A stretch of 64,000 nt of DNA from an uncultured Pelagibacteraceae bacterium (GTDB lineage Bacteria; Pseudomonadota; Alphaproteobacteria; Pelagibacterales; Pelagibacteraceae), in contig CACONH010000004.1 in NCBI GenBank assembly GCA_902628495.1, positions 2,305 to 66,304 of the forward strand. Reading direction: 5' to 3'. The notes under the pieces are model-generated. The model made no database searches and was not told the DNA's origin. It was given only the letters and a program-made list of their open reading frames with translations. The stretch's first letter is position 1. The number at the start of each line of letters is the position of its first letter. Below are positions 39,195 through 49,754 of this stretch, in pieces. The translations under genes were made by a program, and so were the position numbers.

Positions 39195-40127
39195 TTATTT
39201 TTTTGTTGAAGCCTTTTGTAGCCTGTCATTTATTGCCAACCCGATTCCTTTATTTTCTACTTTTTCAACAGCAATTTTTTTATATCCTTTTTTCTTAATC
39301 ATTCTTAAAACCGAATACAGATTTCTTGCTGCCTCTTTTAAATTTTTGTTTTTACTAAGATAAAAAAAATTTTTATTACTATTACTTCTTTTTTTCATTA
39401 GTATAAATGCCTCATCTTGACTTGCTTCTTTACAGTTCATTCTTAATGGTATGCCTGGAGAATAATGTAATCTATTTTGACCCGGTACTTTCATATAAGT
39501 TTTTTTTCTGTAATGTAACTTTTTTTTCAACGCTTTGCTTAATATATTAATATCTATACTGCCAATACGAAGAATTTCAGGCTTACCTGTTAAATTTATA
39601 ATTGTAGACTCTAACCCAATCTCAGAAAGACCTCCTTCAATAATATATTTTATTTTTTTACCAAATTCTTCTTTTACATGGTTTTTTGTTACCGGACTTA
39701 CTCTAGATGAAATGTTTGCGCTAGGAGCAGCCAATGGATAATTTAATATTTTCAAAAGACCTTTTGCTATAGGATGTGAAGGAAATCTTACAGCAAGTGT
39801 TTTTTTCTTATTTGTTACAAATTTTGAAATTTTACTATCATTTCTTAATTTTAAAATAAACGTTAGTGGACCGGGGCAAAATTTATTATAAAGATTGGTA
39901 AAATTCCTATTTAAAATACAATCTCTTTTTAACATTTCAAGACTGCTATAATGAACTATTAAGGGATTATTTTTTGGCCTTTTTTTTAATTTGAATATTT
40001 TTGATATAGCCTTACTGGAGTAAGCGTTAGCAGCTAATCCATAAACAGTTTCTGTTGGCATACCTATACAATTGTTTTTATCGAGGAAATATTTACCTTT
40101 TTTAATATTTGAAAGATTATTATTCAT
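39195..40127 (-). CDS. tsaC: L-threonylcarbamoyladenylate synthase (Sua5/YrdC type with C-terminal Sua5 domain)
   Basis: GMPTETVYGLAANA, SAN.S and 310 aa length. Confidence 0.88.
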   Translation of the reverse strand: MNNNLSNIKKGKYFLDKNNCIGMPTETVYGLAANAYSSKAISKIFKLKKRPKNNPLIVHYSSLEMLKRDCILNRNFTNLYNKFCPGPLTFILKLRNDSKISKFVTNKKKTLAVRFPSHPIAKGLLKILNYPLAAPSANISSRVSPVTKNHVKEEFGKKIKYIIEGGLSEIGLESTIINLTGKPEILRIGSIDINILSKALKKKLHYRKKTYMKVPGQNRLHYSPGIPLRMNCKEASQDEAFILMKKRSNSNKNFFYLSKNKNLKEAARNLYSVLRMIKKKGYKKIAVEKVENKGIGLAINDRLQKASTKK

Positions 40128-40146
40128 GTAATAATAAAACTAATAT

Positions 40147-40398
40147 ATGAAAGATAAAAATTTACCAGATGATATTAAAGCAAAGTCACTAGATGAATTA
40201 AGAGAAATTCTTAATAGTTTGTTAACTAAAATCGAAACATCTCCAAATTTGGAAAATTCTGCAGATGATTACCAAAAATTAATTAAAGTTAATAATTTAA
40301 TAGAAAAAAAATTTCAATCTCTCTCAAAAGAAATTAGCAATAATTCAAAATCAAAAATTGACAAAATTATAAAAAAAAATGCAAAAAAAACTAAATAA
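40147..40398 (+). CDS. xseB: Exodeoxyribonuclease VII small subunit
   Basis: 83-aa helical protein (SLDELREILNSL...). The conserved xseB-ispA-dxs order supports the call. Confidence 0.8.
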   Translation: MKDKNLPDDIKAKSLDELREILNSLLTKIETSPNLENSADDYQKLIKVNNLIEKKFQSLSKEISNNSKSKIDKIIKKNAKKTK

Positions 40399-41245
40399 AG
40401 TTGCAAGAGATACTAATACATTCTTAAAAAATTATCTCAGAAATCAAAAACAAACAAAATTAATAGATCCAATCAAATATGGATTGTTTCCTGGAGGGAA
40501 AAAAATAAGGGTTAAAATTTTAGTTGATATAGGTAAAATTTTATCAGTTCCTTATAGACATTTAATTAGAATCGGAGCTGCAATAGAGTGTATTCATGCA
40601 TACTCGTTAATTCATGATGATTTACCATGTATGGATGATGATGATATAAGAAGAGGAAAGTTAACTCTTCATAAAAAATACGGAGAATCTACAGCTGTTT
40701 TGGCAGGTAATTCACTTTTAACAATGGCTTTTGAAATAATTAGTGAAAAAAAATTCCCTATTCAAGATAAAAAGAAAAACCTTCTTGTTCATATTCTTGC
40801 AGCTAGTTCAGGTCATAGCGGAATAGCGGGCGGGCAGTACCTTGATTTGAGTTTTGAGAAGCAGAGAATAAGAAAAAGAAAAATATTAGAAATGCAATTA
40901 AACAAAACTGGAAAGTTGTTTATGTTCTCAACTTTAGCTCCGGTGATTTTGAGTAATAAAAAAAATATATTCAAAAAATTTTCTAATTTAGGTCTAGAGA
41001 TAGGTTTATTATTCCAAATAATTGATGATTTATTAGATTTCAAGGGAAATGCAAAAAAATTAGGTAAAAAAATTCATAAAGACAAGAAAAAAGGTAAAGC
41101 AACTTTAATAAGTTTACTCGGATACAAAAATACTGTTAAGTACTGTAATTTTAAAAAAGATAATATATTTAAAGTTTTAAAAAACTTAAAAAAAAGCAAT
41201 GATTTAAAAGATACGATTGAATTTATTGTTAATAGGGAAAAATGA
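40379..41245 (+). CDS. ispA: Farnesyl/geranyl diphosphate synthase
   Basis: First and second Asp-rich motifs: [18 protein letters not shown] and FQIIDDLLD. Confidence 0.9.
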   Translation: MQKKLNKVARDTNTFLKNYLRNQKQTKLIDPIKYGLFPGGKKIRVKILVDIGKILSVPYRHLIRIGAAIECIHAYSLIHDDLPCMDDDDIRRGKLTLHKKYGESTAVLAGNSLLTMAFEIISEKKFPIQDKKKNLLVHILAASSGHSGIAGGQYLDLSFEKQRIRKRKILEMQLNKTGKLFMFSTLAPVILSNKKNIFKKFSNLGLEIGLLFQIIDDLLDFKGNAKKLGKKIHKDKKKGKATLISLLGYKNTVKYCNFKKDNIFKVLKNLKKSNDLKDTIEFIVNREK

Positions 41246-43149
41246 AAAAATATAAGTTTTTAGATAAAGTAAAATTTCCATCTGATATCAGAAAATTAAA
41301 ATTGAGCGAACTTAAAACACTTTCTACTGAATTAAGAGAAGAATTGATTGATGCTGTTTCAGTTACGGGAGGTCACTTAGGAGCTGGACTAGGTGTGGTT
41401 GAGCTCAGTGTTGCTTTGCATTATGTTTTTGATACCCCAAATGATAAATTGGTTTGGGATGTGGGACATCAATCCTACCCACATAAGATTCTTACAGGTC
41501 GTAAAGAAAAAATTAGAACTTTAAGACAAGGAAATGGCTTATCCGGTTTCACAAAAAGATCAGAGAGCGAATATGATCCTTTTGGTGCAGCTCATAGTTC
41601 CACATCTATTTCTGCAGCACTTGGTATAGCAACAGCTAATAAACTATCAAAAAAAAATGATAACGTAGTTGCAGTAATTGGAGATGGAGCAATAAGTGCT
41701 GGCATGGCTTATGAGGCAATGAATAATGCCGGAACTTCAAAAACAAAAATGATAGTTATTTTAAACGACAATGATATGTCAATTGCAAAACCTGTTGGAG
41801 CAATGAGAACATATCTAGCAAAATTATTTACTGGCAAGATGTATTTTAGCTTTAGGGAAACTGTAAAATTAATTATTTCATCGTTTTCTAAAAGATTTAG
41901 TAAAAAAGCTGGACAAGCTGAAGATTTTTTTAGAAGTGCTGTCACAGGAGGTACCTTATTTAATTCATTAGGATTTTATTATGTAGGTCCAATAGATGGT
42001 CATGATATAGAAACATTGGTTTCAGTATTAAAAAACGCAAAAAACAGTAATTTTAATGGACCTATAATGATACATATTAAAACTGAAAAAGGGAAAGGAT
42101 ATCAATTTGCAGAGAAGTCAAATGATAAGTTTCACGGAGTTTCAAAATTTGATATCAAAACAGGTGTTCAGCAAAAGTCAAAAGGAACTGTACCGGCTTA
42201 TACTAAAGTTTTTGCTGAAACATTAATTAAACATGCAGAGAGAGATAGTAAAATAATTGGAGTTACTGCAGCTATGCCATCTGGGACTGGAATGGATTTA
42301 TTTGGAAAAAAATTTCCTGATAGAATGTACGATGTTGGAATAGCTGAACAGCACGCGGTCACTTTTTCTGGGGGATTAGCAACAGAGGGATACAAACCTT
42401 ATGCCGCTATATATTCCACTTTTTTACAAAGGGCTTATGATCAAGTTGTGCATGATATTGCAATTCAAAACTTACCAGTTAGGTTTGCAATTGATAGAGC
42501 TGGATTAGTTGGAGCTGACGGCCCAACGCACGCAGGTTCATTTGACATTACATTTTTATCTACATTGCCAAATTTTGTTGTGATGGCAGCAAGCGATGAG
42601 TCAGAGTTAGTTAAGATGATTAATACTTCTGTTGATATAAATGACAGACCAAGTGCCTTTAGATACCCAAGAGGTAATGGGTTTGGAATTACGCTTCCAG
42701 ATATTAGTGAAAAAATTGAAATTGGAAAAGGCAGAATAATTCAAGAGGGAAAAAAAATAGCTTTAATTAATTTTGGAGCACGATTAAATGAGTGCAAAAT
42801 TGCAGCTCAAAATTTGCAGAAAAAAGGCTTAAGCATAACTATTGTAGATGCAAGATTTTGTAAGCCACTTGATGAAAATTTAATGTGGCAAGTTGCCAGA
42901 AATCACGAAATATTAATTTCAATTGAGGAGGGCTCAATAGGTGGATTTGGCTCTCACTTGAGTAAGTTTTTATCCGATAAATCTTTATTAGATAAAATAA
43001 AATTTAGATCTATGATTTTACCTGATAGGTTTATAGAGCATAATGATCCAAAAAAAATGTATGAAGAGGCTGGTTTAGATAGCCAGGCAATAGAAAACAA
43101 AATTTACGAAATAATCGACTCTAAAATTCTAGCTCAAAAGCAGAATTAG
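41242..43149 (+). CDS. dxs: 1-deoxy-D-xylulose-5-phosphate synthase
   Basis: [51 protein letters not shown] and ADGPTHAG. Confidence 0.97.
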   Translation: MKKYKFLDKVKFPSDIRKLKLSELKTLSTELREELIDAVSVTGGHLGAGLGVVELSVALHYVFDTPNDKLVWDVGHQSYPHKILTGRKEKIRTLRQGNGLSGFTKRSESEYDPFGAAHSSTSISAALGIATANKLSKKNDNVVAVIGDGAISAGMAYEAMNNAGTSKTKMIVILNDNDMSIAKPVGAMRTYLAKLFTGKMYFSFRETVKLIISSFSKRFSKKAGQAEDFFRSAVTGGTLFNSLGFYYVGPIDGHDIETLVSVLKNAKNSNFNGPIMIHIKTEKGKGYQFAEKSNDKFHGVSKFDIKTGVQQKSKGTVPAYTKVFAETLIKHAERDSKIIGVTAAMPSGTGMDLFGKKFPDRMYDVGIAEQHAVTFSGGLATEGYKPYAAIYSTFLQRAYDQVVHDIAIQNLPVRFAIDRAGLVGADGPTHAGSFDITFLSTLPNFVVMAASDESELVKMINTSVDINDRPSAFRYPRGNGFGITLPDISEKIEIGKGRIIQEGKKIALINFGARLNECKIAAQNLQKKGLSITIVDARFCKPLDENLMWQVARNHEILISIEEGSIGGFGSHLSKFLSDKSLLDKIKFRSMILPDRFIEHNDPKKMYEEAGLDSQAIENKIYEIIDSKILAQKQN

Positions 43150-44231
43150 TTACCGCACTGAGCTTTATTCATTAAATAATGATCGAGTAATACGCAATGC
43201 ATCATTGCTTCACCTATAGGGACCGCTCTTATTCCAACACATGGGTCGTGACGACCTTTAACTGATATAGATGTATTTTTCCCAAATTTATCAATTGTTT
43301 TTCTTGTGGATAGAATTGATGAAGTTGGTTTTACAGCAAAAGACACTATTATTTCTTGTCCACTAGATATACCTCCAAGTATACCCCCAGCTTTATTTGA
43401 TCTAAATTTTATATTTTTTCCTTTTGAAATAATCTCATCAGAATTTTCTTCACCAGTTAATTGAGCTGAATTCATACCAGATCCAATATTTACTCCTTTA
43501 ACTGCATTAATACTCATCATTGCTGAAGCTAAATCCATATCAAGCTTTGCATAGATAGGTGCTCCCAATCCAATCGGTACTCCCCTTGCTCTAACTTCTA
43601 TAATCGCACCACAAGATGAACCTGATTTTCTTATAGCTAATAAATATTTTTCCCATAACTTTATAATTTTTTTATCTGGACAAAAAAATGGATTTTTCCC
43701 TATTTCCTTATCATTCCATCTGGTTATATCACAACCTAATATTCCAAGTTGGGTAACCGCTCCTACGACTTTATATTTTTTCCCTATTTTTTTTTCTAAA
43801 ACTTTTTTTGCTATGGCTCCAGCGGCCACTCTAGATGCAGTTTCTCTTGCTGACTGTCTGCCACCTCCTCGGTAATCTCTAATCCCATATTTTTTAAAAT
43901 ATGTAAAATCTGCATGACCAGGTCTAAATTTATTTTTTATGGTTTCGTAGTCTCTTGACCTCATATCCTTGTTATAAATAATTAGTGATATTGGGGTCCC
44001 TGTTGTTTTCCCTTCAAAAACACCAGATAATATCTCGACTTTATCGTCCTCTTTTCTTTGCGTAGTAAACTTAGATTGTCCTGGTTTTCTTTTATTTAGT
44101 TCTCTTTGAATATCTTCCTGTTTTAAAGCTACATTGGGTGGACAACCATCAACAACACATCCTATAGCTGGCCCATGTGATTCTCCCCATGTAGTAAAAC
44201 GAAAAAACTTTCCAAAAGTATTAAATGACAT
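43146..44231 (-). CDS. aroC: Chorismate synthase
   Basis: [27 protein letters not shown] and [11 protein letters not shown]. Confidence 0.97.
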   Translation of the reverse strand: MSFNTFGKFFRFTTWGESHGPAIGCVVDGCPPNVALKQEDIQRELNKRKPGQSKFTTQRKEDDKVEILSGVFEGKTTGTPISLIIYNKDMRSRDYETIKNKFRPGHADFTYFKKYGIRDYRGGGRQSARETASRVAAGAIAKKVLEKKIGKKYKVVGAVTQLGILGCDITRWNDKEIGKNPFFCPDKKIIKLWEKYLLAIRKSGSSCGAIIEVRARGVPIGLGAPIYAKLDMDLASAMMSINAVKGVNIGSGMNSAQLTGEENSDEIISKGKNIKFRSNKAGGILGGISSGQEIIVSFAVKPTSSILSTRKTIDKFGKNTSISVKGRHDPCVGIRAVPIGEAMMHCVLLDHYLMNKAQCGN

Positions 44232-44263
44232 TATTGTATTATATAAATTATTTTGTTTAAATT

Positions 44264-44887
44264 ATGAATGAAAAAAACTCTCTTGGACTAGATATTTGCT
44301 TTAAGGATGAGGATAATCCTTTTAAATTATTTGAAGAATGGTTTGATTTGGCTAAAGAAAAAGAGCCAAATGACCCAAATGCCTTAGCATTAGCAACTTC
44401 TGATAAAGAGGGAAATCCTAGTGTACGAATGGTTTTATTAAAAGGCTTCAGCGAGAAAGGTTTTGTGTTTTATACAAATTTAAACAGTCCAAAAAGCAAA
44501 GCTTTGTTTGCTAACCCCAAAGCCTCAATGTGCTTTCATTGGAAAAGTTTATTAAGACAAATAAGAATTTTTGGATTAATAGAAAATGTCTCAGATAAAG
44601 AGGCTAATGATTATTATAATTCAAGAAAATATGGTAGCAGAATAGGAGCCTGGGCATCAAAACAAAGCACAACTTTAAAAAATAGAGATGAGTTATTATT
44701 ATCTATAGAAAAGTACAAAAAAAAATATCCAGACACAAATGAAGTGCCAAGACCTGAAAATTGGTCAGGATGGAGATTAATTCCAAATGAAATGGAATTT
44801 TGGTTAGACGGTGAAAATAGAATTCATGAAAGATTAAAATACAAATTTGAGCGAAATAAATGGAATAAGTTTTTACTTAGTCCTTAA
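44264..44887 (+). CDS. pdxH: Pyridoxamine 5'-phosphate oxidase
   Basis: PNA..LAT......PS.RMVLLKG, F.FYTN..S.K, Y..SR...SR.GAWAS.QS and EFW....R.H.R. Confidence 0.93.
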   Translation: MNEKNSLGLDICFKDEDNPFKLFEEWFDLAKEKEPNDPNALALATSDKEGNPSVRMVLLKGFSEKGFVFYTNLNSPKSKALFANPKASMCFHWKSLLRQIRIFGLIENVSDKEANDYYNSRKYGSRIGAWASKQSTTLKNRDELLLSIEKYKKKYPDTNEVPRPENWSGWRLIPNEMEFWLDGENRIHERLKYKFERNKWNKFLLSP

Positions 44888-45897
44888 AAAGATCTTTCGA
44901 TACTAAAAGATGTTAACTTTTTTAGAATATTCTTTTCATCACAATCTTTAATAACATTTAAAGAATTTGACGCTAGTGAAATAAAATAATTCGCTTTTTG
45001 GTAACACTCTGATATCACATTATATTTTGTTATCAGATCTAACACAAACTTAAATTCATTTTCATTACGATATTCTTTTGTAAACAATTTTTTTAATTTT
45101 ATTTTTTCATCTGAATTACATTTTTGGTTTAATATGATTACAGGAAGTGTAATTTTGCCCTCAAAAAAGTCATTTCCAATTTTTTTTCCAAATTTTTGTA
45201 TTTGAGAGTTGTAGTCTAAAGTATCATCAGCAATTTGAAATGTTATACCCAGATTTTTGCCATATGAGTCTAAGGCATCCTTAATTTTCTCCTCTTGCTG
45301 ACCAAGTATTGCGCCAACTCTGCTAGAGGCTGAAAATAAGGAAGCTGTTTTAGATGTTATTATTTTTAAATATGTTTCTTCTATAATATCTAGCTCAGAC
45401 TTATGTTGTAATTGTAATACTTCACCTTGCGCAATTTGTGCTGAAGTTGATGATAATAATTTTAAAACTTCAATATTCCCATCCTCCACCATCATTTCAA
45501 AACATCTACTTAAAAGATAATCCCCGACCAAAATTGAGGCGTTATTTCCCCAAATTGATCTAGGAGTTTTTTTTCCTCTCCTAATTTCTCCATTATCAAG
45601 TACATCATCGTGCATTAATGTAGCAGCATGAATTAACTCAACACATGCAGCAAGATTTACGTCTCGCCCACCTTTTGAATAACCACATAATTTTGCAGAT
45701 CCTAAAGTTATTAAAGCCCTAAGTCTTTTTCCACCTGTGTTTAAGTTGTAAATTGTCATCTTTTCTACCAAAGAGACATCACTTTTTAACTTATTTTTGA
45801 TTTTATCTTCGACAAGCTCTAATTTATGCTCTACAGAATTTCTTAGATCTAAATAAGCATTATTAATTTTTGTTTTAAGTTGTATTACCGACCCCAT
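44884..45897 (-). CDS. ispB: Long-chain (octaprenyl-type) polyprenyl diphosphate synthase
   Basis: LMHDDVLDNGEIRRGK and FQIADDTLDY. 337 aa. Confidence 0.88.
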   Translation of the reverse strand: MGSVIQLKTKINNAYLDLRNSVEHKLELVEDKIKNKLKSDVSLVEKMTIYNLNTGGKRLRALITLGSAKLCGYSKGGRDVNLAACVELIHAATLMHDDVLDNGEIRRGKKTPRSIWGNNASILVGDYLLSRCFEMMVEDGNIEVLKLLSSTSAQIAQGEVLQLQHKSELDIIEETYLKIITSKTASLFSASSRVGAILGQQEEKIKDALDSYGKNLGITFQIADDTLDYNSQIQKFGKKIGNDFFEGKITLPVIILNQKCNSDEKIKLKKLFTKEYRNENEFKFVLDLITKYNVISECYQKANYFISLASNSLNVIKDCDEKNILKKLTSFSIERSF

Positions 45898-45939
45898 GAA
45901 CTTAAGTTAATATAATTGTGCATTAATCATACTTATCAA

Positions 45940-45967
45940 TTGACGCACCCTAAACTTCAACTATAAG
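45940..45967 (+). promoter_or_regulatory. Putative sigma-70-type promoter for the S49 peptidase-glyQS-ppdK gene string
   Basis: TTGACG (45940..45945), a 16-nt spacer, then TATAAG (45962..45967), ~40 nt upstream of the ATG at 46008. Confidence 0.3.
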
Positions 45968-46007
45968 TAGACTTTATATTATCAAAAAAATTTTATAAGC
46001 ATTAACA

Positions 46008-46814
46008 ATGTTCTCTTTTTTCAAAAAAAAAAAAATTATTCCTCACTTAAGATTAACCGGTGTCATAGGGAGCGTAGGAAAATTTAAACAAGGAATTGAT
46101 TTTAATGGTCAAGAAGAAATTATTAAAAAAGCCTTTGCAATAAAAAAGTCACCTGCAGTTGCCATATCAATTAATTCACCTGGGGGATCACCAGTACAAT
46201 CCCATTTAATTTATAGTTTCATTAGAAGACTTGCTAAAAAAGAAAAAAAGAAAGTTATTGTTTTTGCTGAGGATGTTGCTGCATCAGGTGGATATCTTAT
46301 AGCCTGTGCTGGTGATGAAATTTATGCCAATTCAAGTTCTATAATTGGATCTATAGGAGTTATTTATTCATCATTCGGATTTAAAGATTTAATTCAAAAA
46401 ATTGGAGTACAAAGAAGAGTTTATACAGCTGGAAAGAATAAAAGCACTTTAGATCCATTTATGGATGAAAAAAAAGAGGATATTGATAGACTTAAAAATA
46501 TTCAATTAGATCTTCATAAAGATTTTATAAATGTAGTTGAAACTAGCAGAGGATCAAAACTAAAAAAGGATTTAGGAATAGAGTTATTTTCTGGGGAGTT
46601 TTGGTCTGGTAGCAAATCAAAAGAATTGGGATTAATTGATGGAATAGGTGATGCAAACAACATTTTAAAAGAAATTTACGGTGAAGATGTTGTAATTAAA
46701 AAATTTGAGAAGAGCAAAGGATGGCTTGCTAAAAGATTATCATCAGAAAATTATATTGATAGTTTGTCAAATGTAATCGAAGAAAAATCTATTTGGCAAA
46801 GGTATGGCTTCTAA
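46008..46814 (+). CDS. S49 family serine peptidase (SppA/SohB-like, short form)
   Basis: [11 protein letters not shown] and [17 protein letters not shown] (catalytic Ser context). Confidence 0.85.
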   Translation: MFSFFKKKKIIPHLRLTGVIGSVGKFKQGIDFNGQEEIIKKAFAIKKSPAVAISINSPGGSPVQSHLIYSFIRRLAKKEKKKVIVFAEDVAASGGYLIACAGDEIYANSSSIIGSIGVIYSSFGFKDLIQKIGVQRRVYTAGKNKSTLDPFMDEKKEDIDRLKNIQLDLHKDFINVVETSRGSKLKKDLGIELFSGEFWSGSKSKELGLIDGIGDANNILKEIYGEDVVIKKFEKSKGWLAKRLSSENYIDSLSNVIEEKSIWQRYGF

Positions 46815-47679
46815 AAAAAAAACTAAGATACAAACTTTTCAAGATACAATTTTTACTCTACAAAAATTTTGGGCAAATCATGGGTGTGTAATTTTACAAC
46901 CATACGATATAGAGGTAGGGGCCGGAACTTTTCATCCAGCTACAACTCTGAGATCACTTGGACCAAAACCTTGGAAATCAGCTTATGTTCAACCATCTAG
47001 AAGACCAACTGATGGAAGATACGGAGAAAATCCAAATAGATTACAACACTACTATCAGTTCCAAGTAATAATAAAACCATCACCCAAAAATATAAAAAAA
47101 TTATATTTGAATAGCTTACAAAACCTAGGCATTAAACATAGTGAACATGATATTAGATTTGTAGAAGATGATTGGGAAAGTCCAACTCTAGGTGCTGCTG
47201 GATTGGGCTGGGAGGTTTGGTGTGATGGCATGGAAGTAACTCAATTTACTTATTTTCAAAAAATGGCTGGCATTGATTGTAAACCTATTTCAGTTGAACT
47301 TACATATGGACTAGAAAGACTTTGCATGTTTACCCAACAGAAAAAAAACGTGTTTGATTTAGTTTGGAATAACGAAGGTATTCTTTATAGGGATGTTTTT
47401 TTACAATCAGAAAAAGAATTTTCAGCTTATAATTTTGAATTTGCAAATGTAGATAATCTGTTCAAAATTTTTGATATAGTCGAACAAGAAACAAAATTAT
47501 TACTAGAAAAAAAACTGCCATTACCTGCTTACGATCAATGTTTAAAGGCAAGTCATGTTTTTAACGTTTTAGATGCAAGAGGAGCGATTAGTGTTGCTCA
47601 AAGGGCAGAGTATATTGCAAAGATAAGAGATATGACAAAAAGCGTAGGACAAGTTTGGGTAGATAATCAAAAGCAATAA
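46804..47679 (+). CDS. glyQ: Glycine-tRNA ligase alpha subunit
   Basis: FQD.I..LQ.FW...GC...[41 protein letters not shown]. Confidence 0.97.
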   Translation: MASKKKTKIQTFQDTIFTLQKFWANHGCVILQPYDIEVGAGTFHPATTLRSLGPKPWKSAYVQPSRRPTDGRYGENPNRLQHYYQFQVIIKPSPKNIKKLYLNSLQNLGIKHSEHDIRFVEDDWESPTLGAAGLGWEVWCDGMEVTQFTYFQKMAGIDCKPISVELTYGLERLCMFTQQKKNVFDLVWNNEGILYRDVFLQSEKEFSAYNFEFANVDNLFKIFDIVEQETKLLLEKKLPLPAYDQCLKASHVFNVLDARGAISVAQRAEYIAKIRDMTKSVGQVWVDNQKQ

Positions 47680-47684
47680 ATAAA

Positions 47685-49754
47685 ATGTCAGAATTTTTTA
47701 TAGAACTTTTTAGTGAAGAAATTCCTGCAAATTTACAGAATAAGACAAGACAAGATTTTTTTCAAAATTTAAAAGAATTTTTAGAAAAGGAAGATATAAA
47801 ATATAGTGGTGAGGCCAAAGCTTTTTCAATACCAAATAGATTAATCGTTTATTTTCAAAATATATCAAAAAAGATTATCAAAAAAGAAAATGAAATTAGG
47901 GGGCCCAATATTAATGCTCCAGAGAATGCTTTAAATGGTTTTTTAAAGTCATACAAGATATCCATAGATAAAACTTATAAAAAAAAAACTGATAAAGGAG
48001 AATTTTATTTCTTCAAAAAACCCTCTGAAAGTATTGAAACAAAGTTTGTTTTGCAAAAGAATTTACCAAAAATTTTAGATAAGATATCTTGGAAGAAGTC
48101 TATGCGCTGGGCTGACCATGAATTATATTGGGGAAGGCCACTTAAATCTATACTTTGTTGTTTTGACAATAAAACCTTAGAATTTGTGTACCATCACCTA
48201 GTTTCATCAAATAACACTTTCATCGATAAAGATTTTGAGCAAAAAACAAAAAAGTTTGTCAGATTTAAGGATTACCTAGCTTTTTTTAAGTCACAAAATA
48301 TCATTTTAGATAATAAAAAAAGAGAGCAATTTATTGTAGATCAATTGAACAGAATAGCAAAAAAAGAGAACTTAAAAATTCATTTCAACTCTACTCTTTT
48401 AAATGAAGTCACCAACATAGTTGAAAAACCAAATATAATTAAATGTAAATTTAATAAAAGATTTCTTGAGATTCCAGATGATATATTAGTGACCACAATG
48501 CAGGTTCATCAAAAGTATTTTCCGACATTTGATAGCAGAGATAATTTAACAAATAACTTTTTTATAGTTGCAGATAATAAAGACAGTAAAGGTTTAATAA
48601 AAACTGGAAATGAAAATGTAGTCGAGGCCCGTTTAAATGACGCGAAATTTTTTTGGGATAAAAATAAAACTCAAAATTTGGTTAAGGGCATATCAAATTT
48701 AAAAAAACTAAGTTATTTTGAGGGATTAGGATCTTACTTTGAAAAAATTCAAAGACTTAGAAAATTAGGTGCCTTAATTTCTGACGAATTACTAATCAGC
48801 AAAGAAAAAGTTGAGATAGCCAGTTCAATTTGTAAAGTAGATTTGACATCAGATTTAGTAAATGAGTTCCCGGAACTCCAAGGTGTAATGGGTGGTCACT
48901 TTGCAAAATCACAAGGTTTTGATAACGATATATGCTTGGCTATAAGGGAACATTATTTACCCATAGGTCCAGAAACAAAAACTCCAAAAAAACTATATTC
49001 TGTTACATTAGCTATGAGCGATAAATTAGATACTCTGTCAGGTTTCTTTGCAATTAATTTGAAGCCTACTAGTTCAAAAGACCCATTTGCGTTGAGAAGA
49101 TCTGCTATTGGTCTTATTAGGCTAATAGTAGAAAATAAATTAGAAATTAAATTAAAAGATATAATAAATTATTCATTTTCACTTTTTAGTGAACAGGATG
49201 TGAATTTTGATATTAAATTAGCCCAACAGGATTTATATAGATTCATATCAGATAGACTAAGATTTTATATGAAAGAAAAAAATATTAGACCAGATATTAT
49301 TGAATGTTCTACGAGTAGTTACAATACAGATCAAATTTATAAAATATATAATAAAGCGTTTATTTTAAATAAACTAATCGATAAAAATATAGGTCAAGAT
49401 ATTATTTTCTCATATAAAAGAGCTTCAAATATTTTAAGTGATGAGTTCAAAAAAAATAAAATCGAATTATCCGAGACTACTGATCCAGGATTATTTAAAA
49501 ATGACTCTGAAAAAAAATTATATAAAAAGATACAGGAAATAAGAAAATACTTTACAAGTCTAGGTAGTGGAGAGAATTGTGAGAAAACTCTTGAGGTGTT
49601 GGCAGAAGCAAAAATAGAAGTATCAAATTTTTTTGAGGATGTAATTGTCAATGATGATGATGAGGCTTTAAAAAAAAATCGTTTGGAACTTTTACAATTG
49701 TTATGTAAAACCTTCAATAATTATATAAATTTTTCAAATATAGAGAGCGCTTAA
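47685..49754 (+). CDS. glyS: Glycine-tRNA ligase beta subunit
   Basis: EL.SEEIPA, the HQKYFP motif and DPFALRR. 689 aa. Confidence 0.95.
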   Translation: MSEFFIELFSEEIPANLQNKTRQDFFQNLKEFLEKEDIKYSGEAKAFSIPNRLIVYFQNISKKIIKKENEIRGPNINAPENALNGFLKSYKISIDKTYKKKTDKGEFYFFKKPSESIETKFVLQKNLPKILDKISWKKSMRWADHELYWGRPLKSILCCFDNKTLEFVYHHLVSSNNTFIDKDFEQKTKKFVRFKDYLAFFKSQNIILDNKKREQFIVDQLNRIAKKENLKIHFNSTLLNEVTNIVEKPNIIKCKFNKRFLEIPDDILVTTMQVHQKYFPTFDSRDNLTNNFFIVADNKDSKGLIKTGNENVVEARLNDAKFFWDKNKTQNLVKGISNLKKLSYFEGLGSYFEKIQRLRKLGALISDELLISKEKVEIASSICKVDLTSDLVNEFPELQGVMGGHFAKSQGFDNDICLAIREHYLPIGPETKTPKKLYSVTLAMSDKLDTLSGFFAINLKPTSSKDPFALRRSAIGLIRLIVENKLEIKLKDIINYSFSLFSEQDVNFDIKLAQQDLYRFISDRLRFYMKEKNIRPDIIECSTSSYNTDQIYKIYNKAFILNKLIDKNIGQDIIFSYKRASNILSDEFKKNKIELSETTDPGLFKNDSEKKLYKKIQEIRKYFTSLGSGENCEKTLEVLAEAKIEVSNFFEDVIVNDDDEALKKNRLELLQLLCKTFNNYINFSNIESA

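Noticed and set aside
40379-45897. ispA-dxs and ispB as a retinal/carotenoid supply module linked to the proteorhodopsin 15 kb away.
   Set aside because: xseB-ispA-dxs is a widely conserved housekeeping operon and ispB makes the quinone side chain. No crtE/crtB/crtI/crtY/blh motifs were seen anywhere in the window.
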